NCBI GenBank assembly: GCA_963786995.1 | Contig: CAWBBH010000001.1 | Span: forward strand, 110,550-174,549 | Origin: an uncultured Actinomycetota bacterium | GTDB lineage: Bacteria > Actinomycetota > Actinomycetes > Mycobacteriales > Mycobacteriaceae | Reading direction: 5' to 3' | DNA: 64,000 bases | Shown: piece by piece, positions 1 through 12,752 of the stretch | How the letters are laid out: each line of letters starts with the position of its first letter | How positions within the stretch are numbered: the first letter of the stretch is position 1 | The notes under the pieces: model-generated | Databases searched by the model: none | What the model was told of the DNA's origin: nothing | What the model saw: only the letters and a program-made list of their open reading frames with translations | Program-made: the position numbers and the translations under genes

Positions 1-425
1 AGTCCGATATCGAGCTGCTGATCGGAGCAGAGCGACCGCGGACGCTGGAACTCAGCGGCGAAATCGGCTCGGGCACAGTGATCACCGGCGGCACCTCGCC
101 CGCCGGTCTTCGCGAGGCACTGCAACACGTCGACGCCGGCCGCGCCAAAAGCCAAGAGGATAAGCGGCATTCGACCGTTGTGTATCTGATCTGCGCAACG
201 GGGCCCGACGCCGAACAGCAGGCGCGTGACGAGGTGGCGTTCTGGGAACTGGATGCCGACGAGGATCGCGCTGTCTACGGATCGGCGGCAGAGATCGCTG
301 CGGGCGCGCAACGGTGGATCGACGCGGGCGCCGACACAATCGTGTTTCAACCGCGGCCCGACGCCGACCTCGAGGAGTTCGTCGACGTCGTCGGCCGACA
401 GGTCCGGCCGCTGATCACACGGTGA
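1..425 (+). CDS. LLM-class (luciferase-like) F420/flavin-dependent oxidoreductase, C-terminal fragment; 5' end lies outside the window
   Basis: The frame is open from position 3 to the TGA at 423-425. The tail ...GADTIVFQPRPDADLEEFVDVVGRQVRPL resembles C-termini of actinobacterial LLM oxidoreductases. Confidence 0.55.
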   Translation, partial: SDIELLIGAERPRTLELSGEIGSGTVITGGTSPAGLREALQHVDAGRAKSQEDKRHSTVVYLICATGPDAEQQARDEVAFWELDADEDRAVYGSAAEIAAGAQRWIDAGADTIVFQPRPDADLEEFVDVVGRQVRPLITR

Positions 426-1548
426 GCATGCCACGCAGCCAGTCGTGGAACGCGCCGATGTGGTGCTCGCTCGGCACGAGCACACCGCCGTTGCGGTAGA
501 CGCGCGAATTCATTGCGGGCTGGCATCGTTCGGCAGCCTCGAAGTCCTGGGTGTTCACCCGGTGGAACAGCTCGACCGACCGGCTCACATCGCGTCCGGA
601 CTCGACGACCTCCGGCAGGTACAGCCAATCGCACTCGACGATCGTGTGGTCGGCGGCCATCGGGAACATCCGGTGAACGATGACGTGGTCGGGCACCAGG
701 TTGACGAACACCTGCGGCCGGACCGTGATCGCGAAGTAGCGGCGGTCCTGGTCGGAGGTGACACCGGGGATGTGGTCGAGCCCCTCGGATCCGTCGACGG
801 TGAAGCCCTTGACGTCCTCGCCGAATTCGGCGCCGTGGCCGACATAGAACTGAGCGGCATAGCCATCGGCGAACTCGGGTAGCACCTCGGTCAATTCAGG
901 GTGGATCGTGGCGCAGTGGTAGCACTCCATGAAGTTCTCGATGATGAGCTTCCAGTTGGCCTTCACGTCATAGACGATGCGACGTCCAACGCTCAGATCG
1001 CCGATCGCGTAGCGATCGATGAACTCGAGGTCACCGAGCCGCTCGACGATCTCCTGCATCACAGTGGCTTCGAACGACGGCGGCTCGTCAGCCAGGCACA
1101 CCCACACGTACCCGAGCCATTCCTTCACCGCGATCTTGCGCAGCCCGTACTCGACGCGATCGATGTCGGGCATCTTGGTGAGGTTCGGGGCGGCGACGAG
1201 CTTGCCGTCGAGATCGTAAGTCCATGCGTGGTAAGGACACTGAAATGCGCGCCGGACCTCGCCGCTCTCTTCGGTGCACAGCTGCGCACCCCGATGGCGG
1301 CACACGTTGTAGAAGGCGTTGACGTCGCCCTTGCGCGACCGGGTCACCAGCACGCTCTCCCGGCCGACCTGCACAGTTTTGAAGGCGCCCGCCTTGTCCA
1401 GGTCCGAGGACCGCACGGCGCAGAACCACATCGTCTCGAAGATCTTCTCCTGCTCGAGCGAGAAGACCTCGGGATGGGTGTAGTAGTGGCCCGCAAGGGT
1501 GGAGATCAGGCTCTCGGGAAGGCTGGGGGCCGCTTCGAACGTGGTCAT
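415..1548 (-). CDS. Rieske [2Fe-2S] non-heme-iron oxygenase subunit, glycine betaine monooxygenase-like (GbcA/BmoA-like)
   Basis: ATG at 1546-1548 is preceded by AGGAG. It has the Rieske motif CRHRG...CPYHAW and the mononuclear iron region NFMECYHCATIHPE. The longer track ORF (to 1929) has an Arg/Pro-rich N-terminal extension that looks non-coding. The gene sits in a betaine/sarcosine cluster. Confidence 0.85.
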   Translation of the reverse strand: MTTFEAAPSLPESLISTLAGHYYTHPEVFSLEQEKIFETMWFCAVRSSDLDKAGAFKTVQVGRESVLVTRSRKGDVNAFYNVCRHRGAQLCTEESGEVRRAFQCPYHAWTYDLDGKLVAAPNLTKMPDIDRVEYGLRKIAVKEWLGYVWVCLADEPPSFEATVMQEIVERLGDLEFIDRYAIGDLSVGRRIVYDVKANWKLIIENFMECYHCATIHPELTEVLPEFADGYAAQFYVGHGAEFGEDVKGFTVDGSEGLDHIPGVTSDQDRRYFAITVRPQVFVNLVPDHVIVHRMFPMAADHTIVECDWLYLPEVVESGRDVSRSVELFHRVNTQDFEAAERCQPAMNSRVYRNGGVLVPSEHHIGAFHDWLRGMLTV

Positions 1549-1583
1549 CGCTCTCCTGGTCGAGTTGGGTCGAGGGCTGAAAG

Positions 1584-2780
1584 TCAAACGGCGGCAGGCG
1601 CGGTGGCGAGCTGACGCCGCCAGCGGGTGAACAGGCGCGGCTGGTCGACACCGAGCACAGCGACAAGCCGGCCGTCGCGCCGGTACGTCGCAAGGAAGCA
1701 GCGGTCTTCGCAACTGCCTTCTTCGATGGTGATCTCGTCGTCGGGTTGTGCGATGCCGGCGAACTGGATACGTGAGCCGTATTGATCGGACCAGAAGTAC
1801 GGCGCCTTGACGGTGGCGCCCTGGTCGATGCCCCCCGCGAGCAGTGTGGCGACGGCGATCGCGGGTCGTTCCAGCGCACCGGTCCAGTGCTCTACACGGT
1901 GGACGGCTCCGGTCGACGCGTCGTGCCACGCGGCGCAGTCACCGACCGCGACGACATTCGGAATGTTCGTCTGGCCGGCTGCTCCGCAGACCACCCCGTT
2001 GCCGAGATCGAGGCCGCTGCCCTGCAGCCACTCGATGTTCGGCACACCCCCGATCCCGACGACGACGACGTCGGCGGACAGATGGCGGCCGTCGGCGAGG
2101 TCGACTCCGGTGACCCGATCGGCGCAGTCGGAACTACGCAGTGCACGGTTCTCACCAGTCAGGCCTGCCACGCCGACACCGCAGATGAGCGTCGTCCCAT
2201 TCGACGCGTGCGCCTCGGCGACAACCGCACCCAGCCGCGAACCGAGCTGGATCTGCAACGGTGTCGGGGCCGCCTCGACGACGGTGACGTCCATGCCGAG
2301 CTTGCGCGCGGTCGACGCAACCTCGGCGCCGATGAAGCCCGCGCCGATGACGACCAGTTGGGCGCCGGGCCGCAGGTCAGCCCGCAGCGCAATCGCATCG
2401 TCGATGGTGCGGATGACGTGCACGCCCGCCATCGTTTCGCAACCGGGCCAGCGGCGCGCGCGCGATCCGGTGGCAATCACGAAGCCGTCGGCGTGCACCT
2501 CGGTTCCATCGGCGAGTTCGACTGCGCGAGCAGTGGTGTCGAGTTTGGCGGCGGCCGACCCGAGCAGCCAGTCGGCCTGTAGATCGTCGTCGTCCTCGAG
2601 CGCCAGATCCGACTCGGTCATGTCGCCTGCGAGGAATTCCTTGGACAGCGGCGGGCGGTCGTAGGGGCGCCGAGTCTCATCGCCGATGACGGTCATGCGG
2701 CCGTCGAAGCCCTGCGACCGCAGCGCCCGCGCGGCGGAGAGACCAGCGAGCGACGCCCCGATGATGGCGACGTGCTTCAC
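1584..2780 (-). CDS. FAD-dependent NAD(P)H:ferredoxin reductase (pyridine nucleotide-disulfide oxidoreductase family)
   Basis: It has the N-terminal Rossmann motif VAIIGASLAGLSAA and a second dinucleotide fold VVIGAGFIGAEVA. Its length (398 aa) and C-terminal domain are typical of ferredoxin reductases of Rieske/P450 systems. Confidence 0.85.
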   Translation of the reverse strand: MKHVAIIGASLAGLSAARALRSQGFDGRMTVIGDETRRPYDRPPLSKEFLAGDMTESDLALEDDDDLQADWLLGSAAAKLDTTARAVELADGTEVHADGFVIATGSRARRWPGCETMAGVHVIRTIDDAIALRADLRPGAQLVVIGAGFIGAEVASTARKLGMDVTVVEAAPTPLQIQLGSRLGAVVAEAHASNGTTLICGVGVAGLTGENRALRSSDCADRVTGVDLADGRHLSADVVVVGIGGVPNIEWLQGSGLDLGNGVVCGAAGQTNIPNVVAVGDCAAWHDASTGAVHRVEHWTGALERPAIAVATLLAGGIDQGATVKAPYFWSDQYGSRIQFAGIAQPDDEITIEEGSCEDRCFLATYRRDGRLVAVLGVDQPRLFTRWRRQLATAPAAV

Positions 2781-3136
2781 GGCTTTCCCTGCGCGAGGCG
2801 CGCGCGGATATCCGGCGGAAGGTTGGGCTTCTCGTCACTCAGCGCGACACGAATCATGCCGTCATCGATGACGACCGCGTGGGTGCGGACGGGCCGCTTG
2901 GCAGGAGGAGCGTCGACGGCGCCGGTGCGGAGATTGAAGCGCGAGGCGTGCAGCGGGCACTCCACTTCACAACCCTCGAGCCAGCCGTCGGCCAGTGACG
3001 CGTCCTGGTGAGAGCAGGTGTCGTCGATGGCGAACACCTCCCCCTCCTCGGTATGGAACACGGCGATGGGCGGCTCGGCGTCCACGCGCACCGCCTCACC
3101 CCGCGGCAACTCGGAGAGCGGACACACTTCGAGCAA
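2777..3136 (-). CDS. Rieske-type [2Fe-2S] ferredoxin (electron carrier of the oxygenase system)
   Basis: 119 aa with CSH...CPLH Rieske ligands (DDTCSHQD...VECPLHASRF). There is a 4-nt overlap with the downstream reductase gene. Confidence 0.85.
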   Translation of the reverse strand: MLEVCPLSELPRGEAVRVDAEPPIAVFHTEEGEVFAIDDTCSHQDASLADGWLEGCEVECPLHASRFNLRTGAVDAPPAKRPVRTHAVVIDDGMIRVALSDEKPNLPPDIRARLAQGKP

Positions 3137-3288
3137 TTGTTGCCTCCTCGTTTCGCAGAGATGACGCGTATAGAGAAACTCAATTCGTAATACGCAACAG
3201 TGTGTGGGGTATCACAAACCTTGTCAAGCGGAATCGCAGCACCGTTTCCTGTGAGTTTGCGCGCTGGGAAAGGACGGCGGAAAGCACT

Positions 3289-3319
3289 GGTCGCCGCGCC
3301 TTTTCAGGCTGCGGCGACC
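3289..3319 (-). terminator. GC-rich hairpin immediately downstream of the BCCT transporter gene (candidate intrinsic terminator)
   Basis: Perfect 9-bp inverted repeat GGTCGCCGC (3289-3297) / GCGGCGACC (3311-3319), extendable by GCC/GGC inside the loop. It lies 15 nt past the BCCT stop codon on the minus strand. Confidence 0.45.
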
Positions 3320-3333
3320 AGTGGTTGGAACAC

Positions 3334-5010
3334 CTAGTTCTGCGGTGTGGGCTCCTTGACCGTCGACTCCTGCACGACGGCCGTTTTCCGGAGGTCAGCG
3401 ATCATCGGATCGCGGGTGACATCCAGAAAGAGCGAGACGCACATCCCGATCATCACGATCACGAACGGCGCGGCCACGATGATGGTCATCGTCTGCAGGC
3501 CGTTGAGCGCGTCGTTCCCGCCTGCCCACAGCATCAGCACCGCCACCGCACCGGTGCTCAGGCCCCAGAACGCGACCGCCCACCGCGACGGATAGACAGA
3601 GCCGCTCTGCGACAGCGTTCCCATCACCATGGACGCGGCATCGGCACCCGAGACGAAGAAGATCGCGACGAGGGCCATCACCAACAACGACGACAAACCT
3701 GCCAGCGGCATGTTGCCGAGCATTCCGAACAGTGTCGATTCGGGTTCGCCGCTACCGAAGATGTCGATGCCGTCGCGCTGCTGGCCGATGCCCGCTCCGC
3801 CGAAGACGACGAACCAGAGCAGGCTCACGGTCGTCGGAATGAGGATCACTCCGATCACGAACTGCCGGATGCTGCGGCCCCGGCTGATGCGGGCGAGGAA
3901 CATGCCGACGAAGGGGGTCCACGAGATCCACCACGCCCAGTAGAAGATCGTCCACGACGACAGCCACTTCTCGGTTTCCCCGCCCGCCTCAGCCGACCGC
4001 GCCGACATCGAAGCGAGGTTGGCGGCGTAATCGCCGAGCGCCGTTGGCAGCAGGTTGAGGATCAGCACCGTCGGCCCGACCACGAACACGAAGATGGCCA
4101 GCCCGAGCGCAAGCACCATGTTGATGTTGGACAGCCACTGGATGCCGCGCGATACGCCCGACACCGCCGAGGCTACGAAGGCCAGCGTCAGCAGCGCCAC
4201 GATGGTCACGAGCAGCAAGGTGCCCGCCTTGCCGACCCAGCCGAGAACCTCGAAGCCCGAGCCGATCTGCAGCGCGCCGAGCCCCAACGAGGCTGCGGTG
4301 CCGAACATCGTCGCGAAGATCGCCAGGATGTCGATCATCTTGCCGATCGGGCCGTCGATGCGCCTCTGGCCCAGCAGCGGGATGAACGACGCACTGATCA
4401 GTTGCCGCCTGCCCATCCGGTAGCTGCCGTAGGCGATCGACAGGCCGACCACTGCATACATCGACCACGGGTGAAAGCCCCAGTGGAAGAGGGCGGTCGC
4501 AAGCGCTGTGCCCGCCTTGGAGTCGGCGAGTCCCGGCGGTGGATTGACGAAATGGGTCAGCGGTTCGGTGACACCCCAGAAGATGAGACCGATGCCCATG
4601 CCTGCGCTGAACATCATCGCGACCCAGCTGACGGTGTTGAATTCGGGTTTCTCACCGTCGCGGCCCAGTGGAATCTTCCCGTAGCGACTCAACGCCAGCC
4701 ACGCCGCGAACAACACGAAGCAGGTGGCCGAGACGATGAACAGCCAACCCATGTTGCTCACCACCCAGTTCAGGATCGACGACATCGTCGAACCGAACGG
4801 GGTGGGCCAGATCAGGCCCCAACAGAGAATGGCGGTGACGATCACCGCAGTGATACCGAAGACCACCTTGTCGGTGATCGGGGGTCGCTGGCACAGCGGT
4901 ACCTCGGGGTCGTGACCGGGCGGAACCGGCGCGCCAGGACCCGGAAAAGTGTGGTGAAGCTTGGCTTTCAACTCATCGACATCGAGCGGGTGGTCTTGTT
5001 GTGCGGTCAC
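3334..5010 (-). CDS. BCCT family (betaine/carnitine/choline) transporter
   Basis: It carries the BCCT signature stretch WTIFYWAWWISWTPFVGMFLARISRGRSIRQF and about 12 hydrophobic segments. I prefer the GTG at 5008-5010, which lies 7 nt after AGGAG. The track ORF start at 5055 is an alternative. Confidence 0.85.
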   Translation of the reverse strand: MTAQQDHPLDVDELKAKLHHTFPGPGAPVPPGHDPEVPLCQRPPITDKVVFGITAVIVTAILCWGLIWPTPFGSTMSSILNWVVSNMGWLFIVSATCFVLFAAWLALSRYGKIPLGRDGEKPEFNTVSWVAMMFSAGMGIGLIFWGVTEPLTHFVNPPPGLADSKAGTALATALFHWGFHPWSMYAVVGLSIAYGSYRMGRRQLISASFIPLLGQRRIDGPIGKMIDILAIFATMFGTAASLGLGALQIGSGFEVLGWVGKAGTLLLVTIVALLTLAFVASAVSGVSRGIQWLSNINMVLALGLAIFVFVVGPTVLILNLLPTALGDYAANLASMSARSAEAGGETEKWLSSWTIFYWAWWISWTPFVGMFLARISRGRSIRQFVIGVILIPTTVSLLWFVVFGGAGIGQQRDGIDIFGSGEPESTLFGMLGNMPLAGLSSLLVMALVAIFFVSGADAASMVMGTLSQSGSVYPSRWAVAFWGLSTGAVAVLMLWAGGNDALNGLQTMTIIVAAPFVIVMIGMCVSLFLDVTRDPMIADLRKTAVVQESTVKEPTPQN

Positions 5011-5062
5011 ATTCAAACTCCTGAGGCTGATGCAGGCGGGTGTGACGGCGGCCACACCAATC

Positions 5063-5074
5063 CTGATATATTAG
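5063..5074. promoter_or_regulatory. Palindromic box CTGATATATTAG upstream of the BCCT gene (candidate GntR/FCD operator)
   Basis: One of six related TGATATATCA-type boxes in promoter regions of the betaine island. It lies about 55 nt upstream of the proposed BCCT start. Confidence 0.4.
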
Positions 5075-5152
5075 AGTGCGGCGAAGTGATACACCAGCGT
5101 TCGACAGAAGTTTTTCGACCGTAATGACGTGATACGAGGTCGAGCCGAGCGT

Positions 5153-6028
5153 TCAGCCCTGGTAGCCCATGCGTTCCGAAACGGACGCAGCGGCCGCGAC
5201 AACAGCGGGGGCGATCCCGCGGGCTCGGTCTTCGGTCAGCCGGTAGACCGGGCCCGAGACGCTGAGCGCCGCGATGACGGTGCCGGTGTGATCGCGAATG
5301 GGCGCAGCCACCGCGGTCAGCCCATGCTCCAGCTCTTCGATCGACACGACATAGCCTTCGCGTGCGATTGATTCGAGTTGATGATCCAGGTCGTCGAAGG
5401 AGGTGATGGTGTGTTCGGTGTAGCGAGTCAAACCTGCCTCTTTGAGCAGGTCACGCCGCGCTTCCATCGACATGGACGCCAGCAGGATCTTGCCGCTCGA
5501 CGTCGCGTGCAGCGGCGTCAGCTCACCGACCCAGTTGTGGCTGCCCACCGAGGTCGGGCCGCGGGCCTGGTCGACGTTGACCACGTAATGCGATCGCAGC
5601 ACCGCGATGTTGACCGTTTCCCCCATCTCGACGGCCAGCCGTTCGCAGATCTCGCGGCCCTGCCGGGTGATGTCGAGTTGCCCGGAAACCGCATTTGCCA
5701 GCCGCAAAATCCCGAACCCGAGCCGATACTTGCCGCGTTCATGCGCCTGCTCCACGAGTTCGTGCTCCTCGAGTGCGGTGAGCAACCGCGACACCGTCGA
5801 TTTGTGGACCCCGATTTCGCTGGCGAGTTCGGTCACCCCCGCTTCACCGAGGCGGGCGAGGATCTCGAGCACGCAAACTGCACGGTCAACCGACTGCACA
5901 CCCCCGCCGCCCGCTTCGGAGCTCCCGTTGCTCACAGCGGCGACACTACCGAGACAACCCGGCTTGTCAGTGACCCACCCTTCGCGGGCGCGTTGCTCAG
6001 CGAGGAACCCGTTGCGCAATGCGCTCAC
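5153..6028 (-). CDS. IclR family transcriptional regulator
   Basis: It has the HTH region SVDRAVCVLEILARLGEAGVTELASEIGVHKSTVSRLL and a C-terminal IclR effector domain (GELTPLHATSSGKILLA...SVSGP). Confidence 0.85.
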   Translation of the reverse strand: MSALRNGFLAEQRAREGWVTDKPGCLGSVAAVSNGSSEAGGGGVQSVDRAVCVLEILARLGEAGVTELASEIGVHKSTVSRLLTALEEHELVEQAHERGKYRLGFGILRLANAVSGQLDITRQGREICERLAVEMGETVNIAVLRSHYVVNVDQARGPTSVGSHNWVGELTPLHATSSGKILLASMSMEARRDLLKEAGLTRYTEHTITSFDDLDHQLESIAREGYVVSIEELEHGLTAVAAPIRDHTGTVIAALSVSGPVYRLTEDRARGIAPAVVAAAASVSERMGYQG

Positions 6029-6059
6029 AAGGCTTGACCGGCCAGCACGTGAATCCTAG

Positions 6060-8573
<2,514 letters not shown>

Positions 8574-8640
8574 CACAGATCACCAGGCCTACGCCCGGGG
8601 TGTCTACGTCGTGGGCGCAATTTCAGCTGACTCGGTCGGG

Positions 8641-9327
8641 TCAGACGATCGCGCGCACGGCTTTCTCGAATCCGGTGACGTGGGCGAGGGCGATCTCGGC
8701 GGCGGCATCACCGTTGCCGTCGGCGATGGCGCGCAGCAACTCTGTGTGCTCGCCGACATGCTGCGCGACCGTGGGAAGCCGGTCGAGGAAAAGGCAGAAG
8801 ATGCGCGTCGCGAGGTTGTCGTACCGGATCAGCACATCCTCCAGATGCGGATTGCCGGTCGCACGGTAGATGGCGCGATGCACCCGCAGATCCCACCGCA
8901 TCAACTCATGACGATCGATGGTTCCGATCTCCAGTGCGTCGGTCCGGTCGGCCAGTTCGAGCAGATGCGCACGCACATCCGCAGACGCGTTCTCGGCAGC
9001 GGCCCGCGCAGCCACGGGTTCGAGATTCACCCGGATCTGCGAGATATGCCGCAGATCGGCGACGTCGACGCCGGTGGCAAAGGTGCCGCGACGCGGAAAC
9101 GACACCACCAGACGATCGGCTTCCAGCCGCTTCAGCGCCTCCCGCACCGGTGTTCGGCCGAGCTTGAGCCCTGCGGCCAGTTCGCTTTCCACGATCGCCT
9201 CGTTCGGCCGGATGTCCAGCATGATGAGCTTGTCTTGGATCACGAGGTACGCCTGATCGGCGAACGACATCGCGCCGAGGTCGACTTCGCCGAGCGATTC
9301 AACACCGACAACCGTCACTGCGTGCAC
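8641..9327 (-). CDS. GntR family transcriptional regulator, FadR/FCD subfamily (paralog 1)
   Basis: It has the wHTH ESELAAGLKLGRTPVREALKRLEADRLV and an FCD-type helical C-terminal domain. The start is GTG at 9327, or alternatively ATG at 9270. Confidence 0.8.
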   Translation of the reverse strand: MHAVTVVGVESLGEVDLGAMSFADQAYLVIQDKLIMLDIRPNEAIVESELAAGLKLGRTPVREALKRLEADRLVVSFPRRGTFATGVDVADLRHISQIRVNLEPVAARAAAENASADVRAHLLELADRTDALEIGTIDRHELMRWDLRVHRAIYRATGNPHLEDVLIRYDNLATRIFCLFLDRLPTVAQHVGEHTELLRAIADGNGDAAAEIALAHVTGFEKAVRAIV

Positions 9328-9346
9328 CCTTCCCTCTGGTGCGACG

Positions 9347-9360
9347 ATGATATATCAGTT
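9347..9360. promoter_or_regulatory. Box ATGATATATCAGTT immediately upstream of GntR paralog 1
   Basis: Same motif family. Its position suggests autoregulation. Confidence 0.4.
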
Positions 9361-9374
9361 CGCTCGGGGTGGGT

Positions 9375-10046
9375 CTACAGCAACGCCCGGATCGCCTGCT
9401 CGAATCGGTTGACGTGGGACAGTGTCAGCTCGGCGGCGGTCTCCTCGTCGCCGCCGACGATCGCATCCAGTAATTCGATGTGCTCGCGGACGTGGCCGGC
9501 GACGTCAGGAAGCCGGTCGAGGAACAGACACCAGATCCGCGTCGCGTGCGCGTCAAGGCCTACGAGGATCGCTTCCAGGTGGGGATTGCCCGAGGCCCGA
9601 TAGATCTCGCGGTGGACGTGGACATCGTGCCGCAAGACTTCGCGGGGTTCGTCGGTGTCGTCGATGCCGGCGATCCCGTCCGCCAGCGTGGACAGTCGGG
9701 CCCTGGCTTCTGCGGTCGCCGTGCGCGCCGCGCGGGCCGCCGCGACCGGTTCCAGCTGCTTGCGGATCTCGGAGATGTCGGCGAGGTCGGTCATGTCCAC
9801 CGCGGTGGCGAAGGTGCCGCGACGGGGATAGGCGATCACCAACCGATCGCGCTCGAGGCGCTTGAGCGCCTCGCGGACGGGCGTCCGACCCAGCCCCAGT
9901 TCGGCGGCAAGGCTGTCGTCGTTGATCGGCTCGCCGGGGCGGATGTCGAGCATGACCAGCCGCTCACGCACGGTTTCATAGGCGCGATCCGCATGGGTTC
10001 CTGCGCCCGCATCGGCGTCGAAGAACGACAACTCCGACAGCGTCAT
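9375..10046 (-). CDS. GntR family transcriptional regulator, FadR/FCD subfamily (paralog 2)
   Basis: It has the wHTH DDSLAAELGLGRTPVREALKRLERDRLV. The C-terminal domain is collinear with paralog 1 (RIWCLFLDRLPDVAGHVREHIELLDAIV). Confidence 0.8.
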   Translation of the reverse strand: MTLSELSFFDADAGAGTHADRAYETVRERLVMLDIRPGEPINDDSLAAELGLGRTPVREALKRLERDRLVIAYPRRGTFATAVDMTDLADISEIRKQLEPVAAARAARTATAEARARLSTLADGIAGIDDTDEPREVLRHDVHVHREIYRASGNPHLEAILVGLDAHATRIWCLFLDRLPDVAGHVREHIELLDAIVGGDEETAAELTLSHVNRFEQAIRALL

Positions 10047-10114
10047 CGCCGCACCTTTCTGATCCTGACCCCGGCCTATTGACGTGGTCGCGATCTGATC
10101 TTAGTCTATCCCAC

Positions 10115-10130
10115 AGTTGATATATTAGTC
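10115..10130. promoter_or_regulatory. Box AGTTGATATATTAGTC in the divergent GntR paralog 2 / glyA promoter region
   Basis: Same motif family. It is flanked by degenerate copies CTGATCTTAG (10095-10104) and CGTATCAACTGG (10132-10143). Confidence 0.45.
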
Positions 10131-10161
10131 ACGTATCAACTGGAAACCCAGGAAGGCGACC

Positions 10162-11490
10162 ATGAGTCTCGACACCGCAGGACTGATCACGGCGGAGGCC
10201 GCCAATCCGATCTTGGGCGAGAACCTCGCCACGCTCGACCCCGACGTCTACCACGCCATCGCCGCCGAGCTGAGCCGTCAGCAGCGCACCCTCGAGATGA
10301 TCGCGAGCGAGAACTTCGCGCCGCTGGCGGTGATGCAGGCGCAGGGGTCGGTGCTGACGAACAAGTACGCCGAGGGGTACCCCGGTCGACGTTATTACGG
10401 CGGCTGCGAACACGTCGACGTGACCGAACAGCTCGCCATCGACCGACTCAAGAGTCTGTTCAGCGCCGAGTTCGCCAATGTGCAGCCACATTCGGGCGCG
10501 CAGGCCAACTCCGCGGTGATGGCCGCTCTGCTCACACCGGGCGACACCATCCTCGGCCTCGCCCTTCCGCACGGCGGCCACCTCACCCACGGGATGAAGC
10601 TGAACTTCTCCGGCAAGCTCTACGACGTCGCTGCCTATCATGTGTCCGAGGGCGACCACCGGGTCGACATGGCCGAGGTCGAGCGGCTGGCCCACGAACG
10701 CAAGCCCAAGCTGATCCTGGCCGGCTGGTCGGCCTATCCGCGCCAACTCGACTTCGCCGAATTCCGGCGTATCGCAGACGAAGTCGGTGCCTACCTGATG
10801 GTCGACATGGCGCACTTCGCAGGCCTGGTGGCCGCCGGCCTGCACCCGTCACCGGTCCCCCATGCCCACGTCGTCACCTCCACCACGCACAAGACGCTCG
10901 GCGGCCCGCGCGGCGGGATCATTCTGACCAACGACGAGGCGCTGGCCAAGAAGATCAACTCGTCGGTCTTCCCCGGTCAGCAGGGCGGTCCGCTCGAACA
11001 CGTCATCGCCGCCAAGGCGGTCTCATTCAAGCTCGCCGCCGAGCCGGAATTCCGCGAGCGCCAGCAGCGCACCCTCGACGGCTCGAAGATCCTCGCCGAG
11101 CGCCTCCTGCAAGAGGACTCGCGCAATGCGGGGATCAACGTGGTGTCGGGAGGCACCGACGTGCACCTCGTGCTGGTCGACCTCCGCGAGTCCGCGCTGG
11201 ATGGCAAGCAGGCCGAAGACCGCCTGGACCGGGTCGGAATCACCGTCAACCGCAACGCGGTTCCGTTCGACCCGCGGCCGCCCATGATCAGCTCGGGTGT
11301 GCGCATCGGCACCGCGGCGCTCGCGACCCGAGGCTTCGATCTCGACGGCTTCCGTGAGGTCGCCGACATCATCAGCCTCGCGCTGCGGCCCGACGCCGAC
11401 GACGGCGACCTCGACGCCCTTCGCGCCAGGGTCGACGTCCTGTCGCAGCGTTTCCCGCTGTACCCGAACCTCATGGAGACCTCGCTGTGA
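10162..11490 (+). CDS. glyA: Serine hydroxymethyltransferase
   Basis: It has canonical SHMT motifs ([36 protein letters not shown]). The 442-aa frame is intact. Confidence 0.95.
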   Translation: MSLDTAGLITAEAANPILGENLATLDPDVYHAIAAELSRQQRTLEMIASENFAPLAVMQAQGSVLTNKYAEGYPGRRYYGGCEHVDVTEQLAIDRLKSLFSAEFANVQPHSGAQANSAVMAALLTPGDTILGLALPHGGHLTHGMKLNFSGKLYDVAAYHVSEGDHRVDMAEVERLAHERKPKLILAGWSAYPRQLDFAEFRRIADEVGAYLMVDMAHFAGLVAAGLHPSPVPHAHVVTSTTHKTLGGPRGGIILTNDEALAKKINSSVFPGQQGGPLEHVIAAKAVSFKLAAEPEFRERQQRTLDGSKILAERLLQEDSRNAGINVVSGGTDVHLVLVDLRESALDGKQAEDRLDRVGITVNRNAVPFDPRPPMISSGVRIGTAALATRGFDLDGFREVADIISLALRPDADDGDLDALRARVDVLSQRFPLYPNLMETSL

Positions 11491-12723
11491 CAGCGTCGGC
11501 GCCTCCTGGCGCGCATCTGCCGGACCATCCCGAGTTTCTCTGGCGCACACCGCAACCGAAGAAGTCCTACGACGTCGTCATCGTCGGCGGCGGCGGACAC
11601 GGCCTCGCGACCGCGCACTACCTCGCCAAGAACCACGGCATCACCAACGTCGCGGTGCTCGAACGGGGCTGGCTGGCCGGCGGCAACATGGCGCGCAACA
11701 CCACGCTGATCCGATCGAACTACCTCTGGGACGAGAGCGCACGCATCTACGAGCACGCGCTCAAGCTCTGGGAAGGACTCGAGGAGGACCTCGGCTATCC
11801 GATCCTCTTCAGTCAGCGCGGCGTCCTCAACCTCGCGCACAGCCTGCAGGACGTCCGCGACAGCGTGCGCCGGGTCGAGGCGAACAAGCTCAACGGCATC
11901 GACGCCCAGTGGGTCGACCCCGACGAGGTCAAGAAGCTGTGCCCGATCATCAATATCTCCAACGACATTCGCTATCCGGTGCTCGGCGCCACCTACCAGC
12001 CGCGCGCGGGCATCGCCAAGCACGACTACGTCGCATGGGGATTCGCCCGCCGGGCCGATCGAGGCGGGCATCGACATCATCCAGAACTGCGAGGTCATCG
12101 GGTTCGACACCGACGGGGACACGGTGACCGCGGTGCGCACGACACAGGGCACCATCGGCGCAGGCCGGGTCGCGCTGTGCGCGGCCGGGCACACGTCGAC
12201 GCTGACCGACATGCTGGGAATCCGTACGCCGTTGCAGAGCCATCCGCTTCAGGCGCTGGTGTCCGAACTGCTCGAGCCGGTCCACCCGACGGTCGTGATG
12301 TCGAACGCCGTGCACGTGTACGTATCTCAGGCGCACAAGGGTGAACTGGTGATGGGCGCGGGGATCGACTCCTACAACGGCTACGGCCAGCGCGGCGCAT
12401 TCCACATCATCGAGCGCCAAATGGCCGCGGCCGTCGAGTTGTTCCCGATCTTCGCCCGCGCCCACCTGCTGCGCACCTGGGCCGGCATCGTCGACGTCTG
12501 CCCCGACGCCTCCCCCATCGTCGGCCGCACCCCGTACGAGAACCTGTACCTCAACGCGGGTTGGGGCACAGGCGGTTTCAAGGCCACGCCCGGCATCGGA
12601 TGGTGTCTTGCCGACACGATCGCCAACGACGAGCCACACCCCTACGTCGCTCCGTTCGGCCTCGACCGGTTCGTGTCCGGCGCGCTGGTCGACGAACACG
12701 GCGCCGCGGGCGTCGCGCACTAA
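11487..12723 (+). pseudogene. soxB: Sarcosine oxidase beta subunit, interrupted by one apparent +1 frameshift near 12055-12065
   Basis: The GTG overlaps the glyA stop (GTGA). It has the FAD fold [19 protein letters not shown]. The frame switches between ...AWGFARRA and [28 protein letters not shown]. Gene length is 3n+1. Confidence 0.85.
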
Positions 12724-12752
12724 CAGCCCCATCCACATACAGGAGCGACACG

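Noticed and set aside
2995-5124. 709-aa ORF on the + strand, one of several very long ORFs. Others are 17697..19553 +, 22496..24070 +, 10977..12212 -, 44782..46509 -, 49851..50735 - and 52320..53588 -.
   Set aside because: All lie antisense to, or out of frame with, genes that have clear family motifs. Their translations are Arg/Pro/Gly/His-rich low-complexity strings with no recognisable domains. These are typical shadow ORFs of high-GC DNA.
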